A stretch of 63,474 nt of DNA, counting the filler, from Octopus bimaculoides (taxonomy: Eukaryota), in assembly GCF_001194135.2 (NCBI RefSeq). It is 7 parts of 6 records of this genome, joined end to end, with 100 filler letters (N's around TTAATTAATTAA, not from the genome) between each part and the next. Parts side by side here need not be neighbours in the genome. Positions count along the whole stretch, not along the records: positions 52,697 to 59,258 come from NC_068990.1; positions 59,359 to 61,383 come from NC_069005.1; positions 61,484 to 63,474 come from NW_026326574.1; 4 more parts are not named here. One strand, given 5' to 3'. The notes below the pieces were generated by a model that worked only from the letters and a program-made list of their open reading frames with translations, was not told where the DNA came from and did no database searches. Below, in pieces: positions 52,921 to 63,474 of this stretch (the first letter of the stretch is position 1; each line of letters starts with the position of its first letter). The position numbers and the translations under genes were made by a program.

Positions 52921-53239
52921 TATATATGTGTGTGTGTGTGTAATGTAATGTATGTATATCCTGTTTCTCATGTAAATGTGCTGGTGTCTTGCTCACATCA
53001 CCTTCTTTGGCTCTCACTCCATTTCTGAAGATTATATTGAGGATATAGTAACAGAAGAAAAAAGTACAGAGTTAGCCACAAGGTGAGAGAATGTACACAA
53101 CGACTTTGTTTATTGAGAGAATAATGCAGGGAAGTTGTTTAAGCATCTTTCAAAGCTATTATTCTAATGAAATTATGTTTTTTCACTGACAAATACATTT
53201 TCAATAACACCAAAACAAATATCAGGAACAGGAGCAGGC

Positions 53240-53750
53240 CCTCAAATCATCATCGTCGTGTAACGTCCGCTTTCCATGCTAGCATGGGCTGGATGATTTG
53301 ACTGAGGGCTGGTGAAACCAGATGGCTACACCAGGCTCCAATCTGATTTGGCAGAGTTTCTACAGCTGGATGCCCTTCCTAACACCAACCACTCTGAGAG
53401 TGTAGTGGGTGCTTTTACATACCACTGGCACGAAGGCCAGTCAGGTCGTACTGGCAACGGCCACACTCAAAATGGTGTATTTTATGTGCCACCCACACAA
53501 GAGCCAGTCCAGAGGCACTGGCAATGATCTCGCTCGAAAGTCCTTACACATGCCACGGGCACAAGTGCCAGAAAGGTGACGCAGGGCACAGGTACCATCA
53601 CGATTTCGCTTTTGCTTGCCCCAATAAGTCTTCGCAAGCTGAGTTTTGTGTCCAATGAAGGAGACGACGTTGGCATGGGTGCCAGTCGTCGAATTTAACT
53701 CGATTTCGATTTCACTTGCCTCAACAGGTCTTCACAAGTGGAGTTTAATA
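53240..53750 (-). mobile_element. RTE LINE 3'UTR copy
   Basis: Colinear with 43520-44150. Confidence 0.85.
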
Positions 53751-54032
53751 ATGTAAAATTATTCCTTACATTAAGTAGTGTGTTTACTTACCTTGGAATC
53801 CTGTTTTATAGCAGCAATCAGTTAACAGTCAAAATTCCTTAATAAGATTTCCTAAAACAAAACAGAGAATTTTTTTGATAATAATTAAATATTATTGTGT
53901 ATTTTACAAGGTATTAAAATTCAATTATTTAACAAATCAAATGATTCGATAATACCGATAAGTTCCAGTTTTTTAAACATTTAGTGGATGAGAAGAAAGC
54001 AGTACATTAGAGGAACTTTCCAAGGAAAATAA

Positions 54033-54078
<46 letters not shown>

Positions 54079-54558
54079 CATACACACGTAACAAATCATC
54101 ATATGCATACTGAACAGCAAGAATCAAAATCATGATTTGCATATTTATTCTTAACATGTGCCAATAGATTTGAACAGAGTGCTTTTGTCTGATGAAACAC
54201 AAAGATGTTGAAATACTGGGTGTACCAGAGTCACCTTACACTAATAAATCAAGTATGTTATGAGCACAAATACTTGCACTTATATACACATATATGCACA
54301 ACTGCATTGTTTGTGTTATAGAAATTCCAGTGAAGGAGCCTTGGATCTAGATTAGAAACTGGTTCTTTCTTTGTTAGCAAGAAATCTGCAAACAAAACTA
54401 GATTATTACACATTTCACAAGTTCAAAATGTGAATTTAGTTTGTTATCAGCATTCCATTCCATTTATGGAGCTTTATGTAATTGTTAGAAACCATCTCAT
54501 TGCTTACAGGAAGACTTCAAATAATTTAAAAAATAGAAGAGAACAAATGAACATACTT

Positions 54559-54590
<32 letters not shown>

Positions 54591-55810
54591 ACACACACAC
54601 ACACACAAACACATGCACGCATACACACATGCACGCACACACGTATACATGCATATATATATATATATATGCATGTCAAAAATGTCAATAGCCCTTAATG
54701 GTTAAAGCACACAGAATGATAACAACTGCTTACACTAGTCTGTCATCATTCTGTTATTCGTAACTGGTTGCAGCTAGATGACAGAATGATATACTTCATT
54801 CACCATTGTAAGAAATCGTCATCATTTATCGTTGCTGCCATTATCATCATCATCATCATCATTAAAGGTCGTTGATGTTCTGCATTTGCAAGATTTTGGG
54901 TTAATAATCAATGAGGCTATAAGCATATACGTATAACATTATGACAAAAATGCAACATTTTTCTCCTGACCATTCGCTCAAATAGATTATTCCAAACAAG
55001 TACTTTTCAATGATCTCACCTACAGATTTCCCCGCTTGGTCACTTGCAGTAAAATTTCTATTGACCACTCACCCTACACAGTAAAATAGTTTGGAAATGT
55101 ACTGAATGAACTCTCTACAGATCTTCCTTGTCTGCTAATTGTAGATGAAAGATAAGGACAATATTCTAATGTTATTACGATGTTTCTAATCTCTTAAGCA
55201 CCACCATTAATACTTATGCGAAAAGTCTAGACTGCTTCCATACACATCTATTATACACCCAAACACATAGACACACATACACATGTTCATGCACACACAT
55301 ACAAACGCACAGATAACTAACACAATTAGATACACACATACATATAAATAAAGACACAAACACATAGTCATGCACACACATGCACAATCTATGTATTTCC
55401 AGATACAAGCTTCGTTGCTGGGGAATATGTTACTCATTGTAACTTCAGTACTCTCTCTCACGCACACACACACACACACACACATACGAATACACTTTGT
55501 GTAATATACATCCATGTACATGTGCACATACACACACCAGTGCATACACATACACAATAGCTGCTTAGAAGTAGTAATTGTCCCTATCAACAATTAATTT
55601 GTCTTTTAATTTCCCTCAGAATCCATTACATAAAATGTTCTATTGTACTGTGTTTGTCCCATTAACTCATCCTTCACCTCTTTACTGCTTCCCTGAAACC
55701 TTTGCCTCTTCATTATCGAAATACTCATAAACTTTCATCATTAGCAACACCTTCACCAGCATCACCATTGTCACTACACCTGCTGGTATATATGCATATA
55801 CATATATATA

Positions 55811-56050
55811 TACTCTCTTTTACTCTTTTACTTGTTTCAGTCATTTGACTTCGGCTATGCTGGAGCACCGTCTTTAGTCGAGCAAATTGACCCCAGAACT
55901 TATTCTTTGTAAGCCTAGTACTTATTCTATCGGTCTCTTTTGCCGAACCGCTAAGTTACGGGGATGTAAACACACCAGCATCGGTTGTCAAGCGAGGTTT
56001 GGGGGACAAACACAGACACACAAACACACATATATATACATATACATATA
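55811..56050 (-). mobile_element. SINE family A, 3' half
   Basis: Near-identical to 60164-60400; stops at the internal microsatellite. Confidence 0.85.
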
Positions 56051-56539
56051 TATGACTGGATTCCTTTCCTAACATCAACCACTCAGCAGAGTGGACTGAG
56101 AGCTTTTTACGTCGCACAAGCACAGGTGAGGCCAGTTTTAGCAAGGTTTTTTACAGCTGGATGCCCTTCCAAACGCCAACCCCACCCCCTCTGCAATGTG
56201 GACTAGATGCTTTTTAAGTGGCACCCCCACTGGCAGTATCACCAAGTAACTTACAAGACAAAGATCCTTTGAGAGAGGTGGGGGCATTGGAGGAGGTGAT
56301 CTTGTGTCAGATGATGAAAGGTTATAGTGAGGCAGAGAAACAGAAACATGTTTTTTGCTGTAGAGGAGGTACATGATTACCCAGCCAGAGAGAAAGAGGG
56401 AGGGAGAGAGAGAGAGACAGAGTGTGAGTGATCAAATATTGAACACAAAGACAGCTGAATCCAGCGAGAAAATCAGAACCATTATTTATCTAAACAAAGG
56501 CAAGTGAACCAACAGAATTGTTAATGCATCAAGGAAAAG

Positions 56540-56712
56540 TAGTTTGCAGCATTCCTTCTGGCTCTCTATATATTCCAAGTTCAAATACCACTGAAGTCAA
56601 CTTTGCCTTTCATCCTTTTAGAGTCAATAAAATAAGTACCGGTTGAGCACTAGGATCAATGCAATCGATTTCCTCTCTCATCAAAATTGGTGACCTTGTG
56701 CCAAAATTAAAA
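56540..56712 (+). mobile_element. SINE family B, diverged copy
   Basis: AGTTCAAATACC...GTCAACTTTGCCTTTCATCCTTTT...AATAAGTACC. Confidence 0.75.
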
Positions 56713-56832
56713 AAGGTTCATTTATTCAAATTTTCCTTTTGCGTGTCATTTAAAAGAAAAAGTAAAAGTAAGGTAGTTGAGAGAGAAATCGTAGTTTTAT
56801 ATATGTATATATAGGGGAGGAGTTAAGTCAAT

Positions 56833-56993
<161 letters not shown>

Positions 56994-57739
56994 TTTATGT
57001 CTGTTTTCTAAGATGACATGGAATGGATGTTTCAGAAGGATACACTGAGTCATAAGTGTATACCATAGTCTAATGTCTATTTTGGCAATGTTTGTGCAGC
57101 TGAATGCTCTTATATTAGACCAAGCACTTTACAGAGTGTACTGGGTGCTTTTCTCATGGCTCCAACACTAGTAAGATTGCCATAATTAAAAGACAAAAGG
57201 AAAGGCAACAGTCATGACCCATGTCAGGTATTCCAAATCTGATGGAGAAAAGAAAAGAAATTATCATCAGACAGAAAACCTGAACTAGATACTTGTAAGA
57301 GGGTAGACTTTGCTAAAGGCACTACCTAAGGGCCAGATTCTGGTGTTAATCTCTATGTAGGATAGAGTCTTCCATATGTACACACAAAAATATATATAAA
57401 GTATTTGACATACATATTAGATAAAGAAATTAGGTAAAGTTTCTTTCTCAAATCATACCAACTCATAACGGTTGGTTTCCTAGTTTCCATGGCATATATA
57501 CTTCCCAACTGGGTGGGACACAGGTTTGTCACAGGATTACACATTTTTGCCAGCTGAGAGGACTGGAGTAACATGAAATGAAGTGTTTTGCTCAAGAACC
57601 CAACATGCTGCCCAGTTGAGGCATTGAAACCACAATCTTGCAATTGTGACTGCAGCATTCTAACCCCAGGATCATGTACCTTCACTTACATACATGTATC
57701 TTTCAGCACACTTTCATACATACACACAGACATATGTAT

Positions 57740-57771
<32 letters not shown>

Positions 57772-59091
57772 TGGAGTGTATGTGTGTCTGTGTGTATACA
57801 TACAAACATACATACATATATAAGTATAAATATATATATANNNNNNNNNNNNNNNNNNNNNNNNNNNNNNNNNNNNNNNNNNNNNNNNNNNNNNNNNNNN
57901 NNNNNNNNNNNNNNNNNNNNNNNNNNNNNNNNNNNNNNNNNNNNNNNNNNNNNNNNNNNNNNNNNNNNNNNNNNNNNNNNNNNNNNNNNNNNNNNNNNNN
58001 NNNNNNNNNNNNNNNNNNNNNNNNNNNNNNNNNNNNNNNNNNNNNNNNNNNNNNNNNNNNNNNNNNNNNNNNNNNNNNNNNNNNNNNNNNNNNNNNNNNN
58101 NNNNNNNNNNNNNNNNNNNNNNNNNNNNNNNNNNNNNNNNNNNNNNNNNNNNNNNNNNNNNNNNNNNNNNNNNNNNNNNNNNNNNNNNNNNNNNNNNNNN
58201 NNNNNNNNNNNNNNNNNNNNNNNNNNNNNNNNNNNNNNNNNNNNNNNNNNNNNNNNNNNNNNNNNNNNNNNNNNNNNNNNNNNNNNNNNNNNNNNNNNNN
58301 NNNNNNNNNNNNNNNNNNNNNNNNNNNNNNNNNNNNNNNNNNNNNNNNNNNNNNNNNNNNNNNNNNNNNNNNNNNNNNNNNNNNNNNNNNNNNNNNNNNN
58401 NNNNNNNNNNNNNNNNNNNNNNNNNNNNNNNNNNNNNNNNNNNNNNNNNNNNNNNNNNNNNNNNNNNNNNNNNNTTTTGTTAGTTCTGTAACCAAGGAAA
58501 CACAAGCCTAATTTCCTCACTCTTAATATTGTCGTTTTCATCCTCATCGTCCTTACTATCATCATCATTATTGTCATTATCATTGGCTCACTTGTAGTCC
58601 TCCGTCATCATCATTTTTATCATTGTCATCATCAACATTTTCACCATCACAATCACTGCAGCTGCAATTATCATTATGAAGATCATCATCATTGCCATCA
58701 TCATCATGCTCATCATAATCATCATGCTCATCATCATTATCATCATCTTTATGAGGTGATGAAAAGTTTTGGCTGAACATGCTTTGATTTGAAGATTATT
58801 TTCCAAAGGACTAAATCAATTCACTACGAAATAGCAAAGGAGTTCTCGACAAAGTCACTTGACCAGCTAAATAGGTATAGACTAATCACTCTTGAACCAC
58901 CCAAACAAACACACACAGATACACACACTCACACGCACACACACACACTCAAACGTTCACATGCTATCTCATGTAAAGAATACACTAGACAGTGTAGTCC
59001 TTTGTATACCATACAAACATTGGTGGATCAGATCAATGGCAGCTGACCTGGGGTTAAACAGCAACAACGGCATGGACGTGAAGATAGATAG

Positions 59092-59130
<39 letters not shown>

Positions 59131-59258
59131 CAGATAGATAGACAGATAGATAGATAGATAGATATCTTTTTATTATAGCCACACAGGGCTAAATACAGAA
59201 AATGGACAAATTACAATGTAGAGCTTTTCTTTGGGGGGGGAAAGGGGGGATAATTTCG

Positions 59259-59358
59259 NNNNNNNNNNNNNNNNNNNNNNNNNNNNNNNNNNNNNNNNNN
59301 NNTTAATTAATTAANNNNNNNNNNNNNNNNNNNNNNNNNNNNNNNNNNNNNNNNNNNN
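59259..59358. other. Artificial scaffold linker
   Basis: Core at 59303-59314. Confidence 0.95.
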
Positions 59359-59589
59359 TATAAGGAGTGCTTTAACTAGAATTCCACCCACTTTGACATT
59401 TTGAATTAACAGGTGTTTTAGATATACAAGAAGGCTGGGGGTTAACATCACAAAAAAGTCAAATGAAAATTCAGAAAGAACTGTCTCTAACAAATGTCCG
59501 TATCTTGCTACGATAAAGATATCACACATCCAAATGGTGGCCTAACGTTGATAACAAAAGGGAATGAAAGAGTGGTAAGAAGTAAAACA

Positions 59590-60375
59590 AAAACAGAGCA
59601 TAAAAAGTGAAGAGATGATCCTTTTTGGTTTTTCACAGAAATACCACATGTCTATTATACATGCCAAGTCAGTCATGAGGCCAAACGAAAAAAAAGAATA
59701 AGATACATAGAGCAGGAAGAAGAACAAAACAGGAGCAAGAATTAGCTTCTTCAGTTAGTATGAAAACTGTGCAGTGAGCTATCAAATATGTGAGCCCTCT
59801 GGCTATTTCTCACTGACTAAACGTCCCAGGTGATTTGGTATGTTCACATTGAAGACAGAAGAAGTCAGTTTGGTAGAGTTTTTCATTGACTTTATTTAGT
59901 TTCATGGGAAAACCAGCAGATGACACTGGACAGCAGATACGTGACCAGCTGCAAGTAAATGGCCTTCAGCTGAAACTGGACAGAAATGTATTTTGGATAA
60001 GAACCCAAGCAGTGTTTGTGCCATGTAACAATCATATGCTCAGCTTTGCTGCTGTGTATGCAGGTGGCGTTGGGGGCAGTCTGTGACTTCGGCCCTGTAT
60101 ACATATTCTTCTCACAGGAAAGACATTCTCTAGGAATATGTACTCATTCACAATAAGTACAATTACTCTTTTACTTGTTTCAGTCATTTGACTGCGGCCA
60201 TGCTGGAGCACCGCCTTTCGTCGAGCAAATCGACCCCATGACTTATTCTTTGGAAGCCTAGTACTTATTCTATCGGTCTCTTTTGCCGAACCGCTAAGTT
60301 ACGGGGACGTAAACACACCAGCATCAGTTGTCAAGTGATGTTGGGGGACAAACACAGACACACAAACACATACAT

Positions 60376-60414
<39 letters not shown>

Positions 60415-61020
60415 TACGACGGGCTTCTTCCAGTTTCCGTCTACCAAATCCACTCACAAGGCTTTGGTCGGCCCGAGGCTATAGTAGAAGACACTTACCC
60501 AAGGTGCCACACATTGGGACTGAACCCGGAACCATGTGGTTTGTAAGCAAGCTACTTACCACACAGCCACTCCCACGCCCAATATGTACTAATTCACAAT
60601 AAGTAAATGCATGAGACAAGGTGGAATTCAAAGCATGAAACTGTACACATGTTTGCTGTGTAGATGAGGAAAATAACAGAAGTTTTAGGATGTGTTGAGA
60701 GATGGGCTTGGGCCAGAAAGAACCTATGAAACCAAGAGTGTTGCAGGAAATTTACGTTTGTTTCATTATTGCATTTTTGGAGCCCAGAATTAACCAAAGT
60801 GGATAATGTTCAGATGTACCTGCAGCAAGAAGGACTTGCACTTGATCAATGTGCGTAATAAGTTAAAAGCATTCGATCTGTTTTGCCAAGAAAAATGAGA
60901 ATGTCTAGTGCGAAAAGCAACTGAAAAAGCTCTGCAGATGGGCAAAAATGTTTGGTGCTTTTGAAAGAGAGAAGGGTTAGAAGATACTTGGTGAGCAGGG
61001 TTGTGATGTTGGTTTGCCTT
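59590..61020 (+). pseudogene. Decayed hAT transposase (ZMYM1/Tip100-like), interrupted by a SINE
   Basis: Ordered motifs across frameshifts: ISH.D*TSQVIWYVHIED (about 59805), FIDFI*FHGK, FVPCNNH (CxxH, about 60015), ETRWNSKHE (60616) and FVSLLHFW..L.KVDNVQMYLQQEGLALDQC (about 60755-60850). Confidence 0.8.
60164..60580 (-). mobile_element. tRNA-derived SINE, family A, full length, with 25-bp TSD
   Basis: Minus-strand head GGCGTGGGAGTGGCTGTGTGGTAAGTAGC...GGGTTCAGTCCC (A/B boxes) and an internal (AT)n. AATATGTACT[C/A]ATTCACAATAAGTA flanks it at 60135-60159 and 60581-60605. Confidence 0.9.
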
Positions 61021-61129
61021 AGTACAGGAAAGCATGCTTGTAGTATCACCTTCACATACTATGCTGAGTTCAGGTATTTGTTACTTCATGAAGGAATTAA
61101 CTACAACCACCCGACAAGAGTCTAACAAA

Positions 61130-61383
61130 CACACAGACAACCCAACGAGGGCCAACCAATCTAATGAAGGTCAGAATTTGATGAAGACTATACACACCCA
61201 ACAAAGGTCACAACCCAACAAACCCAATGAGAGCCAAACAATCTAATGAAGGTCACAATTTGATGAAGACTATACACAACCCAATGAGGGCCAAACTATC
61301 TGATGAAGGTCACAATTTGATGAAGACTATACACAACCCAATGAGGGCCAAACTATCTGATGAAGGTCACAATTTGATGAAGA
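61130..61383. repeat. 57-bp minisatellite, cut by a linker
   Basis: Unit ACACAACCCAATGAGGGCCAAACTATCTGATGAAGGTCACAATTTGATGAAGACTAT; period 57 between 61261 and 61318. Confidence 0.9.
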
Positions 61384-61483
61384 NNNNNNNNNNNNNNNNN
61401 NNNNNNNNNNNNNNNNNNNNNNNNNNNTTAATTAATTAANNNNNNNNNNNNNNNNNNNNNNNNNNNNNNNNNNNNNNNNNNNN
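61384..61483. other. Artificial scaffold linker
   Basis: Core at 61428-61439. Confidence 0.95.
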
Positions 61484-63474
61484 CGAAGGAACAAACGAAC
61501 GTACGTACGTACGATCGAACGAACAAACGAACGAACGATCGAAAGAACAAACGAACGTACGTACGAAACTAGCGAAGGTACGAACGAAACAAACGAAAGG
61601 ACGATCAAACGCACGTACGTACGAATGAATTAATGTACGTGCGTATGTACCTACGGACAAAAGAGCGAACGAATGAACAAACTAACGACCGAACGCACGT
61701 AAGAACGAATGAACGTACGTACGTTCATAAGTAAGTACGTACGAACGATCCAACGTACGTACGTTACTAAATACGAACGAACGTACGTGCGTTAGAATGA
61801 CCGAACGTACGTTCGTTCCTTCGTACGTACATATGTACCTACTTACGTACTTTCGTTCGGTCGGTCGTTCGTACGTACATACATACCTACGTTCGTTCGT
61901 AAATTGCGATCGTACATTCATTTCTTTGTTCGTTCGTACGTTCGTTCCTACGTGCGTACATTCGTTCGTTCGTTCATTCGTTGTTACGGATGTATTTACG
62001 TTCGTTCGTACGTAGGTACTTATATACGTACGTAATTACGTTCGTTCTTTCTTTCGTTCGTTCGTTCTTACGTCTGTACGTTCATTCGTTACTTCGTTCT
62101 TCCCTGCGTTCGTTCGATCGTTCGTACGTACGTTCATTCATTCGTACGTACGACCGCTCGTTCGTACGTTCATTCTTACGTATATACGTTCAATCGTTCG
62201 TTCCTTAATTTTGTTCGTTCGTACGTACGGACGTACGTTCCTACGTACGGATGTATGTACGTACGTTCGTTTGTTTTTTCGTTCGATCTTTCTTTCGTTC
62301 GCACATGCGTTCGTTCCTACCTACGTACGTTTGTTTGTTCATACATACGTACGTTCTTTCGTTTGCTCGATCGTTCGTCCATTCTTTCGTTCGTTTGTTT
62401 CGTTCTTCCGTACGATCATTCGTTCGTTCGTTTGTTCCTTCGCACGTACATGCGTACGTTCGTTCTTTCGTACCTACGTACGTTCGTTCAATCTTTCATT
62501 CTTTCGTTCGTTTCTTTGTTCGATCGTTCGTTCGTTCTTACATACGTACGGACGTTCGTTCGTTAGTTTTTTCGTACGTACGTTTCATTCGTTCGTTCGT
62601 TCGTCATTACGTTCCTTCTTTCGTTTATTCGTTCGTACGTACCAAGTTACTTACGTACGCACGTTCTTTCAGTCCTTCGATCATTTGTTCATACGTACGA
62701 TCATTCGTTCGTACGTACGTACCTTCGATGGTACGTACATTCGTTCGTTCGTACATTTGTACGTACGTACGTTCGTTCATTCATACATATCTACGTACGA
62801 ACATACGCACGCTCATTCGTTCGTTCATTCACACATAAATATGTAAGTACGAATATACGTACGTTCGTCTGTTCATTCGCTCATTCGTACGTGAATGAAC
62901 GAGCTTACCAACGAAATGAACGAACGAACGTACGTATTTACATATGTATATACGTATGAATGAATGAACGAACGAACGTACGTAGGAAGGAACAAACGAA
63001 CGTACGTAAGTAGGTAGGTACGTACGTACAAACTAACGAACGATCGAAAGAACAAACGAACGTACGTACGAAACTAACGAAAGAATGAATGAACGAACAA
63101 AGGAAAGGACGATCAAACGCACGTACGTACGTAAGCAAATATGTACGTGGGTACGTACGTACGAATGAATTCATGTACGTGCGTACGTATCTACGGACAA
63201 AAGTGCGAAGGAATGAACAAACTAACGACCGAACGCACATAAGAACGAATGTAAGTACGTACATAAGTACGTACGTACGAACGAACATACGTACGTTACT
63301 AAATACGAACAAACGTACGTGCGTTAGAATGACCGAACGTGCGTACGTTCGTTACTTTGTTCGTTCGTTCGTACGTACATACATATGTACCTACTTACTT
63401 ACGTTCGTTCGGCTGGTCGTTCACACGTACATACATACCTACGTTCGTTCATACTTGCGATCGTACGTACATAC
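61484..63474. repeat. Complex (ACGA/ACGT/TTCG)n satellite with a higher-order repeat of about 1.5 kb
   Basis: Tetranucleotide variants throughout; the block at about 61530-61915 recurs at about 63036-63470. Confidence 0.9.

Noticed and set aside
59542-59727. Hydrophobic minus ORF (MFFFLLYVSYSFF...) as a membrane-protein exon
   Set aside because: Lies antisense to the decayed hAT transposase; no splice or homology support.
60500-60580. tRNA gene
   Set aside because: The A/B boxes belong to the SINE head; no full cloverleaf, and it is contiguous with the SINE body.
61797-63312. Val/Arg/Ser/Phe-rich ORFs of up to 211 aa
   Set aside because: Translation of the tetranucleotide satellite, which lacks stops in some frames.

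Overview
AT-rich animal genomic DNA, dense in microsatellites and SINEs. The repeat families suggest an octopus (inference from recalled sequences, not a database search). Six identical artificial 100-nt linkers (44 N + TTAATTAATTAA + 44 N) split the window into seven independently assembled segments, so adjacency across them is not guaranteed. The only host gene I can support is the 5' half of a long-form ABCC (MRP1/ABCC1-like) transporter on the minus strand, 46815->22268. I located 13 coding exons with canonical splice sites and consistent phases, covering TMD0, L0, most of TMD1 and the approach to NBD1. The TM6-encoding exon was not found and probably lies in the N gap at 31473-32119. NBD1, TMD2 and NBD2 were not found in the window. 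The rest is transposon debris: mariner, hAT (one decayed transposase, two MITEs with 8-bp TSDs), RTE and CR1-like LINEs, Gypsy-protease and FLYWCH-like fragments, several tRNA-derived SINE families, minisatellites, and a CpG-rich tetranucleotide satellite with a 1.5-kb higher-order, strand-switching structure. I found no evidence for a novel multi-gene system. The best leads are the divergent ABCC substrate-pocket residues, candidate micro-exons in the L0 linker, and the structured satellite.
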